Part shown: piece by piece, positions 54,638 through 63,398 of the stretch
How the letters are laid out: each line of letters begins with the position of its first letter
Numbering within the stretch: the first letter of the stretch is position 1
NCBI GenBank assembly: GCA_963749515.1
Contig: CAVVMR010000002.1
Location: 69,854-133,853 of the forward strand
Length of the DNA stretch: 64,000 bases
DNA from: an uncultured Gaiellaceae bacterium
GTDB lineage: Bacteria > Actinomycetota > Thermoleophilia > Gaiellales > Gaiellaceae
Direction of reading: 5' to 3'
The notes under the pieces: generated by a model
The model's input: only the letters and a program-made list of their open reading frames with translations
Told to the model about the DNA's origin: nothing
Databases searched by the model: none
Position numbers and translations under genes: made by a program

Positions 54638-57445
54638 ATGCCTGCACGCTTGAGACTCCCACTCGCTCTTCTGCTCTGCGCCGTCGCGACCGCGGCTCTG
54701 TCGCTGACGCTCTGGCGCCTCGAGCAGGACGATGTGCGCCAGGAAGCCCGCGAGCGGGCGAACAGCGCGGCCGCAGGGCTCGAGGAGCGCACCGCCGCCG
54801 CGGTGCTCGCACTCGAAGGAGTTCGCGCCGCCTACGACGCCTCGCCGTCGGTCGGGCCGACCGCCTTCTCCACGTTCGCCCGAGTGCCGCTCGCGCGGAC
54901 CGAGGTCATCGCCGTCGGCTGGGCGCCTCGCGTCGCCGCCTCACAGCGCACCGAGGTCGAGGCGAGCGAGCAGGTTCGGATCTCCGCACCGGCCAATGCA
55001 CTGACCACCTATCCGCTTCTCCGGCTCGAGCCGGCCGCGACGACCGCGGACGCACTCGACCTCGGCTCCGACCCGTCTCTCGCGGCCGCCCTCCGCGTCG
55101 CACTCACAACCGGAAAGCCTCAACTGTCCGCGCCGGTCCGCGTCCAGGGCGACGGCAGGCTCGGCGTCTTCGCCTTCGTACCCGTCTTCGGTCGTGGACT
55201 GCCGCTGCGCACCCCGGCCGAACGGCGCGAGGCGCTGACGGGCGTCGTCACGGGCGCTCTCGCCGCCGACGCGCTCGTTCGCAACGCCTTCTCCGGTCTT
55301 CCGGCCAATCTCGACGTCCGCGTCACCGACGGCGTCTCCGTTCTTGCGCACGGCCCGGGCGGTGCCACGATCGCCCAGGCGAAGGTCGGCGGCCGCACCT
55401 GGCGCGTCTCGGTCGCGCCCTCCCCCGCCTCGACCATCGCCCCGGTGGGCGTCGCGTTCGCGGGACTCGCTTTGATGATCCTGCTCGGCGCCGCCTCGAT
55501 GCGCCTGCGCCGGCGCGAGGCTTCGGAGGCGGCGCTCGAGACGACGCTGGCGCTGGAGCGCTCGACCTCGGCCTTCGCGCTCGCCCGCGCCGAGACGAAG
55601 GTCGACGAGGAGCAGGAGGCGCGCCGGCTCGTCGCCGACGCCACCGACTCTCTCGTGCTCGAGGTCGACAAGGACGGCATCGTCCGCTCGTGCTCTCCCG
55701 CCGTCGAGCGGCTGCTCGGCTTCAAGGCCGCGGAGCTCGTCGGAACGGAGGTCTACTCGCTCCTGCACCCCGACGACCTGCTCACGCCCGCGAACGGGCC
55801 GCAGCGCTACGCCCGTAAGGACGGCAGCTTCGTCGTCCTCGAAGGCCGGCGCCTGACGCGCCGCGACGAGCTCGGCTTCGTCGCCGGCGTCGTCACGGTC
55901 CTGCGCGACACCGCCGACGCGACATCGAGGAGCGCGGAGCAGCGCATCCTGGATGCAGTCGCGCTCGAGCCCGACCCCGTTGAGCTCTTCTCCATCGTCT
56001 CGGAAGAGGTTGCGCTCGAGCTGCACGTCGACACGGTTGCGGTCGTCCGTTTCGAGACCGGCGGCTTCGGAACGATCGTCGGCGCCTGCGAAGCGCGTGG
56101 CTCCGTCCGGCTCGTGCCTGGCTCGACCGTCTCGCTCGAGGCCGACGAGCCCGCCGCAATGGTCTTTCGCACCGGCCGGGCAGTCGCCGGCGGAGCGCCG
56201 ATCCGCGTGGGCGCTCGTCTGTGGGGCGCACTCGTCGCGGTCGGCGCCGACAGCGATCGGCTCGCCACGCTCGCCGTTGCTGCTCAGCCGGCGATCGGCT
56301 TTGCCGACACCAGCGCCCAGCTCAGCGCCCTCGCCACTCGCGACCAGCTGACAAATCTGCCCGACCACCGCGCCTTCCACGAGCAGCTGCGGTCCGAGGC
56401 GCGGCGCGCCGAGCGTCATGAGCGTGCGCTCTCCCTCGTCCTCATCAACATCGACAACTTCAAGCAGATCAACGCCGAGCACGGCCGCCTCGCAGGCGAC
56501 CGCGCGCTCGCGGAAGTCGGACGCCGGCTCGCGGCCACGGTCCGCAACGGCGAGCTCGTCTCGCGCCTGTCAGCCGATCACTTCGGCTGGGTTCTGCCGG
56601 AGACCGAAGGCCTGAGCGGCTGGATCGCCGCCGAGCGCGGCCGGCGCGCCCTCGCCGCCGCCCCGATCGAAGGCATCGGCACCATCACCGCCTCTGCAGG
56701 CGTCTGCGACTTCCAGGACGTCGGCGGCTCCGACGAGCTGCTCGCGCTCGCCGAGGTGGCTCTCGTCCATGCCAAGGGATCGGGCGGCAACGCGACCTTC
56801 CGGTACAGCGCCGAGCTCGACGGCGGCGACACCGGTCACCAGCCTGCGGACGATCGCGGCCTCGACCGGCTGCGTTCCCTCGCCCGCGAGCTCGACGCCG
56901 AGGACCCTGGCACCGAGGGCCATTCCGAGCGGGTCGCACGCGTGGCGGAGAAGCTCGCGCTCTCATGCGGCTGGAGCCCCGATCTTGCTGTCCGCCTCGC
57001 CCAGGCGGCGCTCGTTCACGACGTCGGCAAGCTCAGCGTCGACGAGGACGTGCTCCGCAAGCCCGGCCCGCTTTCGAAGGCCGAGCGCGACCAGATCCGG
57101 AACCACCCCGACACCGGGGCCGAGATCGCGGTCAAGGCGCTCGACGCGGAGCAGCTCAACTGGATCCGCCACCACCACGAACGCTGGGACGGCGGCGGAT
57201 ACCCGAACGGCGTTGCCGGCGATGCAATCCCGGTCGGCGCCCGCCTGCTGGCGCTCGCCGAGGCCTGGGACGCGATGACGTCCAGCCGCGTCTACGGTGA
57301 GGCGCTCGACACCGCCGAGGCTCTGGCGGAGTGCAAGCGCGAGCGTGGCACGCAGTTCGCGCCCGAAGCGGTCGACGCGCTCGAACGGCTGTGGGCGCTC
57401 GGTGCGCTGACGTCGGCCGACGTCGGCGTCGCCGCCTCCGACTAG
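54638..57445 (+). CDS. Membrane signalling protein: CHASE-like sensor, PAS, GAF, degenerate GGDEF, HD-GYP phosphodiesterase domain
   Basis: ORF 54638..57445. Extracytoplasmic region flanked by two TM segments, with a CHASE-like pattern. PAS (GIVRSCSPAVERLLGF). GGDEF domain with SADHF in place of GGDEF (56570-56584). HD-GYP motifs HDVGK and HHERWDGGGYP. Confidence 0.8.
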   Translation: MPARLRLPLALLLCAVATAALSLTLWRLEQDDVRQEARERANSAAAGLEERTAAAVLALEGVRAAYDASPSVGPTAFSTFARVPLARTEVIAVGWAPRVAASQRTEVEASEQVRISAPANALTTYPLLRLEPAATTADALDLGSDPSLAAALRVALTTGKPQLSAPVRVQGDGRLGVFAFVPVFGRGLPLRTPAERREALTGVVTGALAADALVRNAFSGLPANLDVRVTDGVSVLAHGPGGATIAQAKVGGRTWRVSVAPSPASTIAPVGVAFAGLALMILLGAASMRLRRREASEAALETTLALERSTSAFALARAETKVDEEQEARRLVADATDSLVLEVDKDGIVRSCSPAVERLLGFKAAELVGTEVYSLLHPDDLLTPANGPQRYARKDGSFVVLEGRRLTRRDELGFVAGVVTVLRDTADATSRSAEQRILDAVALEPDPVELFSIVSEEVALELHVDTVAVVRFETGGFGTIVGACEARGSVRLVPGSTVSLEADEPAAMVFRTGRAVAGGAPIRVGARLWGALVAVGADSDRLATLAVAAQPAIGFADTSAQLSALATRDQLTNLPDHRAFHEQLRSEARRAERHERALSLVLINIDNFKQINAEHGRLAGDRALAEVGRRLAATVRNGELVSRLSADHFGWVLPETEGLSGWIAAERGRRALAAAPIEGIGTITASAGVCDFQDVGGSDELLALAEVALVHAKGSGGNATFRYSAELDGGDTGHQPADDRGLDRLRSLARELDAEDPGTEGHSERVARVAEKLALSCGWSPDLAVRLAQAALVHDVGKLSVDEDVLRKPGPLSKAERDQIRNHPDTGAEIAVKALDAEQLNWIRHHHERWDGGGYPNGVAGDAIPVGARLLALAEAWDAMTSSRVYGEALDTAEALAECKRERGTQFAPEAVDALERLWALGALTSADVGVAASD

Positions 57446-57449
57446 CAAC

Positions 57450-58538
57450 TCACGAAGCGAAGCGAGTAAAGGCCGCGAGCGCGACCCGGCCCGCGAGATC
57501 GTCGGCCGAGCCGACTCTCCACGTCATGACGGTGGCGACGAAGACGCCCCCGTGGTAGGCGACGATGCCGCTGTCGTGCCGGATCCCGGCCAGCCACCCT
57601 GCCTTGTGCATGACGACCGGGCCGGGACCGAGGTAGCGGTCGAGCTTGCCCCGGTCGGCGACCTGAGCAAGGAGCCAGAGCAGGTAGCGGGCCTCCGAGC
57701 CGCTGACGCCGAGACGTAGGAGCGGCCCCTTGCCTGCGGCCGCGAGATAGACGGCTCGCGCCATGCGCGCCAGATCCCACGCCGTTGTGTACTTGCCGAG
57801 CCCGAAGCTCGGCTGGCTCTCGATCCGGATCGGAATCGGCGCGGCCGCCGACGCCGGCCTTCGCGTCTCGTAGCCGCCGTACATCAGCGAGTCGTTCAGC
57901 CCGAGCGCGCGCATGGTCTCGTTCACCCGCGCCGAGCCGGCCGAGGTCGACCCCGCGAGCCAGACCTCGAGCTCGTTCGCGGCCTGGTTGTCGGAGAGGA
58001 CGAGCATGTGGCCGAGCAGGCGCGCAAGCCTCGTCCGCTCGGCCGGCTTGCCGTCGAGAGAGCGCATGACGGTGACGGCGATTGCGAGCTTGAGCGTGGA
58101 GGCCGCAGGGAAGCGGGCGCGCGCGTTCCAGGCGGCGCCGCGGCCGGTCCGGAGATCCTGGACGTAGACGCCGGCCGTCCCGCCGTGACGCTTCACGAGC
58201 GTGCGAACCGTGCGGGCAAGAGCGGGATCGAGCCTCGGCGACGGTTGGCGCGGACCGGAGCGGAGTGGAAGCGCCAGGACCGGCTCCACCACGCTCGTCG
58301 AGCGGCGATTCCGGCCGTCGACGGCGATCACGCGCACCTCGACGACGCCCGCCTGCATCGGGACGTTGAGCGAGAAAGACCTGCCGCGAAGCGGCTCCTG
58401 CGCGACCACGTGCTTCCCGACGCGAACGATGATCTGCCGGGTCCCGCGCGGCGCGATCCCGGCGACGTGACCGAACGAGACCTCGCGCGGTGCAGGCGCG
58501 ACGATCGCCGGCGGAGGGAGAGCCGGGGCATCGATCAT
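57450..58538 (-). CDS. Class A beta-lactamase-like serine hydrolase with N-terminal Ig-like region
   Basis: 3' third of ORF 57450..60497 from ATG 58538 (MIDAPALPPP...). Motifs ASTLK (SxxK), SDN, KAG. No signal peptide seen. Confidence 0.7.
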   Translation of the reverse strand: MIDAPALPPPAIVAPAPREVSFGHVAGIAPRGTRQIIVRVGKHVVAQEPLRGRSFSLNVPMQAGVVEVRVIAVDGRNRRSTSVVEPVLALPLRSGPRQPSPRLDPALARTVRTLVKRHGGTAGVYVQDLRTGRGAAWNARARFPAASTLKLAIAVTVMRSLDGKPAERTRLARLLGHMLVLSDNQAANELEVWLAGSTSAGSARVNETMRALGLNDSLMYGGYETRRPASAAAPIPIRIESQPSFGLGKYTTAWDLARMARAVYLAAAGKGPLLRLGVSGSEARYLLWLLAQVADRGKLDRYLGPGPVVMHKAGWLAGIRHDSGIVAYHGGVFVATVMTWRVGSADDLAGRVALAAFTRFAS

Positions 58539-58547
58539 GCTTCCATC

Positions 58548-59612
58548 ATGGCGATCCTCGCTCATCTCGACTTGGATGCGTTCTACGCCGCCGTGGAGGA
58601 GCTCGAGCAGCCCGCGTTGCGCCGCAAGCCGCTCGTCGTCGGCGGCGACCCGCAAGGCCGTGGGGTCGTCTCGACCGCGAACTACGTCGCGCGGGGCTTC
58701 GGGATCCGCTCTGCGATGAGCTGCGCCGAGGCGCTGCGCCGCTGCCCCGAAGCGGTGTTCGTCCGCCCCCGGCACACGCTGTACCGCGAGTACTCGCAGG
58801 CGGTCTGGGCCTCGGTGCGTGAGGTCGTGCCGCTCGTCGAGCGCACCGGGCTCGACGAGGGCTACCTCGACTTCGCCGGCCTCGCCGCCGATTTCTCCCG
58901 CGCCCGTGCAGTGGCGACCGCCGTGCAGACCTCGGTGAGCGCGGCGACGAGCCTCTCGTGCTCGCTCGGCGTGGCTCCGACGAAGGTCGTCGCCAAAGTG
59001 GCCTCGGACCGGCGCAAGCCCGGTGGGATCACCGTCGTGCCGGCAGGAACCGAGGCTGCCTTCCTCGCACCCTTCGCCGTCCGCGCGCTGCCGGGCGTCG
59101 GTCCTCGCGCGGAAGAACGGCTCGCTGCCGCGGGAGTGACGACGATCGGGGCGCTCGCTGCGCTCTCCGACCTCGACCTGCGCGCGCTGCTGCCGGGCCA
59201 GGTGGGACAGACGCTCCGCGACCGGGCACAGGGGCTCGACCCGCGGCGGCTCGAGACGACTGCGGAGCGCATCTCGATCTCCGTCGAGGAGACCTTCGAG
59301 CGCGACCTGCTCGACCGTGGGCTCCTTCACGCCGAGCTGAGGCGGATGGCCGACGATCTCGGCCAGCACCTGCAGCGAAACGGCCAGTCGGCGCGCACGG
59401 TCACCGCGAAGCTCCGGTACACGGACTTCTCGATCCGGAGCCGCTCGACGAGCCTCGAGGTCGGAATCGACGATCCCGAGCGAATCGGAGAGCTCGCGTG
59501 CGCGCTGCTCGACCGCGGGCTGCGCGACCGGCCCGGCGCGCTGCGCCTCGTCGGCGTCGGCCTCTCCGGCCTCTCGGACTTCCGCCAGCTCAGCCTCGAC
59601 GAGAGTTCGTAG
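58548..59612 (+). CDS. dinB: DNA polymerase IV (Y-family)
   Basis: In-frame part of ORF 58008..59612 from ATG 58548. MAILAHLDLDAFYAAVEELEQP, LDEGYLD, GVAPTKVVAKVASD, LPGVGP. Confidence 0.9.
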   Translation: MAILAHLDLDAFYAAVEELEQPALRRKPLVVGGDPQGRGVVSTANYVARGFGIRSAMSCAEALRRCPEAVFVRPRHTLYREYSQAVWASVREVVPLVERTGLDEGYLDFAGLAADFSRARAVATAVQTSVSAATSLSCSLGVAPTKVVAKVASDRRKPGGITVVPAGTEAAFLAPFAVRALPGVGPRAEERLAAAGVTTIGALAALSDLDLRALLPGQVGQTLRDRAQGLDPRRLETTAERISISVEETFERDLLDRGLLHAELRRMADDLGQHLQRNGQSARTVTAKLRYTDFSIRSRSTSLEVGIDDPERIGELACALLDRGLRDRPGALRLVGVGLSGLSDFRQLSLDESS

Positions 59613-59666
59613 ATTTTTTGCTGCAGAGACCTTGAAAACAGGCTCAATCTGCCGATAACGCCGGTA

Positions 59667-60815
59667 ATGACCTCGCCGCCCTCCAGCGAGCGGATCCTGA
59701 TCGTCGATGATGAGGATCAGATCTGCACCCTTCTCGCCCGCTTGCTCGGGGCGCACGGCTATGACTGCATCACCGCCGAGAGCGCGGCCGCCGGCCGGCG
59801 CGCCCTCAAGGAAGGCCCGATCGCACTCGTTCTCAGCGACGTGAACATGCCCGGTGAGTCCGGCATCGACTTCACGAGCGAGGTGCTTGCGCAGTACCCG
59901 GACACCGCAGTCGTCATGGTCACCGGCATGGACGATCGGCGCTTCGCGCAGATCGCGATCGAGCTCGGCGCCTACGGCTACATCCTGAAGCCCTTCAAGC
60001 CGAACGAGCTGATCATCAACGTCGGCAACGCACTTCGCCGGCGGGCGCTGGAGATCGAGAACCGCGGCCACCGCGAGCGGCTCGAGCACACGGTGCTGGA
60101 GCGCACGTCGGCACTCCGCGACACGATCGCCCAGCTCGAGACGTCGGACCTCGAGCTGCGCCGCCTCCGCGAGGAGACGATCCGGCGGCTCTCGTGGGCG
60201 GCCGAGTTCCGCAACCAGGAGACAGGCGAGCACATCGTTCGCATGAGCCTCTACTGCGCTCTGCTCGCCCGGCTCGCCGGGCTGGATGCCGAGCGCGCCG
60301 AGGACATCCGGATTGCGAGCCCGATGCACGACGTCGGCAAGATCGGCATCCCGGACCGGATCATGCTCAAGCCCGGCCGACTCACCGAGGACGAGCGCAA
60401 GGTGATGGAGGCGCACACCGAGATGGGGCACCGCATCCTTGCCGGCTCCGACGTCGACCTCCTCGACCTCGCGGCGCTGATGGCGCTCACCCACCACGAG
60501 CGGATCGACGGCACCGGCTATCCCGCCGGCCTCGCCGGGGAGGAGATCCCGATCGAGGGCCGCATCACCGCTGTCGCCGACGTGTTCGACGCGCTCACGT
60601 CCGACCGCGTGTACCGGCCGGCTTTCCAGCCGGACGAAGCGCGCGAGATGATGGAGAAGGAGCGGGGCACGCAGTTCGACGCCCGGCTTCTCGACCTCTT
60701 CTTCGGGGCGTTCGACGACGTGCTGGCGATCAGGCGCTCCGCCGACACCGGCAACGCCGAGCAGACACTCGCCCGCGCACTGGCGCAGGTCACCGTCCGC
60801 GGCGCCCTCGCGTAG
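59667..60815 (+). CDS. Response regulator with HD-GYP output domain (RpfG-like c-di-GMP phosphodiesterase)
   Basis: ORF 59667..60815. Receiver ILIVDDED...LSDVNMPGESG...KPF. HD-GYP motifs HDVGKIGIPD and HHERIDGTGYP. Confidence 0.88.
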   Translation: MTSPPSSERILIVDDEDQICTLLARLLGAHGYDCITAESAAAGRRALKEGPIALVLSDVNMPGESGIDFTSEVLAQYPDTAVVMVTGMDDRRFAQIAIELGAYGYILKPFKPNELIINVGNALRRRALEIENRGHRERLEHTVLERTSALRDTIAQLETSDLELRRLREETIRRLSWAAEFRNQETGEHIVRMSLYCALLARLAGLDAERAEDIRIASPMHDVGKIGIPDRIMLKPGRLTEDERKVMEAHTEMGHRILAGSDVDLLDLAALMALTHHERIDGTGYPAGLAGEEIPIEGRITAVADVFDALTSDRVYRPAFQPDEAREMMEKERGTQFDARLLDLFFGAFDDVLAIRRSADTGNAEQTLARALAQVTVRGALA

Positions 60816-60824
60816 ACGGGTCGA

Positions 60825-63164
60825 CTAGCCGGCGTCGAGCACGTCTCGCACCTTGGAGACGAGCTCCTTGGGCGAGAAGGGCTTGCCGATGAAGGCGACG
60901 TCTGGATCCTCGAACGCCTCGTCCGGCTCGCTGGCGTAACCGGAGGTGTAGAGCACGCGCAGGTTCGGGCTGAGGCTCGCCGCGGCGCGGGCCAGGTCCG
61001 GACCTCTCATCCCGGGCATCACGACGTCGGTCAGCAGCAGGTCGATCTCGCCGACGTGCTGCTCGAGCAGACGGATCGCCTCGTCGCCATTCGGTGCGGC
61101 GAACACCTTGTAGCCGCTGCGAGTCAGAACCTCGCGAACCAGAGCGCGGATCGTCTCCTCGTCCTCGGCCAGGAGCACGCCCTCGGTGCCGTTCCGCTCC
61201 GCGGGCCGCTCCGGACGCTCGACCGGGACGGGCTCGTCGTCGACCGAGAGAGGCAGGACGACGCGGAACGTCGACCCTTCACCCGGCTCCGACGTGACCG
61301 AGATCCCGCCACCCGACTGCTTGACGATTCCGTAGACGGTCGCGAGGCCGAGGCCCGTGCCCTTACCCGCCTTGGTGGTGAAGAACGGCTCGAAGACATG
61401 CGGGATCGTGTCGGCGTCCATGCCGACTCCCGTGTCGCGCACGATCAGCTCGACCTCTCCGTCGACTCGGCCCACGGCGAGCTCGACCCTGCCGCCCGCG
61501 GGCATCGCATCGCGAGCGTTGAGCGTGAGGTTCGTGAGCACCTGCTCGACCTGTCCGCGGTCCGCGCGCACGCGGCAGTCGGCGCCGATGGACGTCGAGA
61601 GCTCGACATCGTCGCCGAGGAATCCGGAGAGCAGCCTCTCGAGCCCTATGACGACCTCGCCGAGATCCAGGATCTCGGGCTTGAGCACCTGGTGACGGCT
61701 GAAGGCGAGCAGCTGGCTGGTGAGCGCGGCGGCGCGATCGGAGGCGCGCACGATCTCCAGCGCATCCGCGCGCCGCGGGTCGTCGTCGTCGAAGCCGGCG
61801 ACGAGGAACTCGCTGTAGCCGCCAATCGAGGTCAGGAGGTTGTTGAAGTCGTGGGCGACGCCGCCCGCGAGCCGGCCGACGGACTCGAGCTTCTGCGAGT
61901 GCAGCAGCTGCTCGCGCAGCAGGCGCTGATCGGTGACGTCTCGGTAGTTGACGACGACGACCCAGTCGTCGTCCTGGCGACGCCGGCGTCCGATCGCCTC
62001 GACCGTGCGCCAGGTGCCGTCGCGGTGGCGAAGCCGGACCTCGATCGGCACGGAGTCCTCGCCGGCGAGCATCGCGGCGAACGCCTCCTGTACGCCCTCG
62101 AGATCGTCCGGGTGCAGGAGCGCAAAGCTCTTCGTGCCCACGACCTCCTCGGGTTTCATGCCGAGCACGCGCTCGAGCGCCGGGCTCTCGTACAAGCTCG
62201 TGCCGTCGGCGGAGAGGATCGTGATCACGTCGGAGGCGTTCTCGATCAGCGATCGGAAGAGCTCTTCACGGGTGCGCAGCGCCTCTTGTGCCGCAAGCTT
62301 CTCGGTGATGTCGCGGAAGCACCACACGCGGCCGACGATGTCGCCGCCCAACCGCTGCGGTGCCGAGTCGCGCTCGATCGTCCTGCCGTCGACGAGCTCG
62401 AAGATGTCGTGGGTCACACTGTCGGGGCTCTCGATAATCTCCGCCACGCGCCGGACGAACTCATCCGGTGCGGCCAGAAGATCGAGCACGCTTTCGATCG
62501 CCGCCGCGTCGTCGCCGGAGTCGAGCACGGCCTGCGGAATCCGCCATAGCTCCGAAAACGGGCGGTTGTACGTCGAGATGTGCCCCTCGAGATTGACGAC
62601 GAGGATCGCGTCGGTGGTGGCGTCGAGCGTCGCCTCGAGCAGTGAAAACGAGCTCTCCCGCTCCGCCTCGGCTTGCTTCAGCGCGGTCACGTCGAGTCCA
62701 ACGGTGCGGATGAAGGCTGGCTCGCCCCCGTCGTCACACCCGACCGATGCGCTCACGCGCAGCCAGATCCGGCGCCCGTCGGCCGTGCGAATCCGGTGCT
62801 CGTAGGTGTAGTCCTTTCGATCGCGAAGAGCCTGGTCGAGCACCGCCTGGATCCGCTGCCGGTCTTCTTCGTCGACGCACGCCTGCCAGCCGCCGTTCTC
62901 GAGCGTCTCCGGTGAGTAGCCGAGGATGCGCTGTGCCTGCTCGCTGATGTAGGTGAACCGCTGCGTCCGAAGGTCGTATTCGGACACGATCGCGTCGACC
63001 GATCCGACCAGCTCTTTGAACCGCTCGTCGGCGGACTTGTCCGAGCCCGCCGTTGGCTGAGGGATCTCCACTGCCTCGAAATCGGCCTGTGAGCCAGAAA
63101 AATGAGGCTCAACCGTGCGCGTCGCCTGCCGATCACCCAATCGAGCATGCGTTACTCCAGCCAC
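60825..63164 (-). CDS. Hybrid sensor histidine kinase (three PAS domains, HisKA, HATPase, C-terminal receiver)
   Basis: ORF 60825..63164 with a GTG start; an internal GTG near 63074 is also possible. H-box [13 protein letters not shown]-box GTGLGLATV, receiver LLAEDEE...[10 protein letters not shown]...KPF. Confidence 0.88.
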   Translation of the reverse strand: MAGVTHARLGDRQATRTVEPHFSGSQADFEAVEIPQPTAGSDKSADERFKELVGSVDAIVSEYDLRTQRFTYISEQAQRILGYSPETLENGGWQACVDEEDRQRIQAVLDQALRDRKDYTYEHRIRTADGRRIWLRVSASVGCDDGGEPAFIRTVGLDVTALKQAEAERESSFSLLEATLDATTDAILVVNLEGHISTYNRPFSELWRIPQAVLDSGDDAAAIESVLDLLAAPDEFVRRVAEIIESPDSVTHDIFELVDGRTIERDSAPQRLGGDIVGRVWCFRDITEKLAAQEALRTREELFRSLIENASDVITILSADGTSLYESPALERVLGMKPEEVVGTKSFALLHPDDLEGVQEAFAAMLAGEDSVPIEVRLRHRDGTWRTVEAIGRRRRQDDDWVVVVNYRDVTDQRLLREQLLHSQKLESVGRLAGGVAHDFNNLLTSIGGYSEFLVAGFDDDDPRRADALEIVRASDRAAALTSQLLAFSRHQVLKPEILDLGEVVIGLERLLSGFLGDDVELSTSIGADCRVRADRGQVEQVLTNLTLNARDAMPAGGRVELAVGRVDGEVELIVRDTGVGMDADTIPHVFEPFFTTKAGKGTGLGLATVYGIVKQSGGGISVTSEPGEGSTFRVVLPLSVDDEPVPVERPERPAERNGTEGVLLAEDEETIRALVREVLTRSGYKVFAAPNGDEAIRLLEQHVGEIDLLLTDVVMPGMRGPDLARAAASLSPNLRVLYTSGYASEPDEAFEDPDVAFIGKPFSPKELVSKVRDVLDAG

Positions 63165-63380
63165 TACGTGATCCCCGATTCACCGCCCGCCGAACTGCTG
63201 GCCGAGCTCGACGCCGCAGCCCGTGTGCTCGACGAGCTCACAGCGCGCGCGGCCGAGTTGACCCTCGGGATGGACGAGCAGACGCGAAGCCTTCGGATCG
63301 AGTTCCTCGACGGCGGCTCGTCGCGCACGCTCGCACCAACACAGCTGCTCGACCTGCTCGCCGGCTCCTACAGCCCGTAG
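63102..63380 (+). CDS. Small hypothetical protein (77-92 aa)
   Basis: ORF 63102..63380 (alternative ATG 63147). Strong GC3 bias in this frame. C-terminal LTLGMDEQTRSLRIEFLDGGSSRTLAPTQLLDLLA weakly recalls FlaG-type small proteins. 5' end overlaps the start of the divergent kinase gene. Confidence 0.5.
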   Translation: MRLNRARRLPITQSSMRYSSHYVIPDSPPAELLAELDAAARVLDELTARAAELTLGMDEQTRSLRIEFLDGGSSRTLAPTQLLDLLAGSYSP

Positions 63381-63398
63381 AGCTAGGCTGCGGCCGTG

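Noticed and set aside
57450-60497. 1015-aa minus-strand ORF, the longest in the track for this region
   Set aside because: Only its 3' third (57450-58538) has recognisable protein motifs (beta-lactamase-like). The remainder is Arg/Ala/Gly/Asp-rich low-information sequence lying antisense to the well-supported dinB and REC-HD-GYP genes. This is a typical shadow ORF of very GC-rich DNA.
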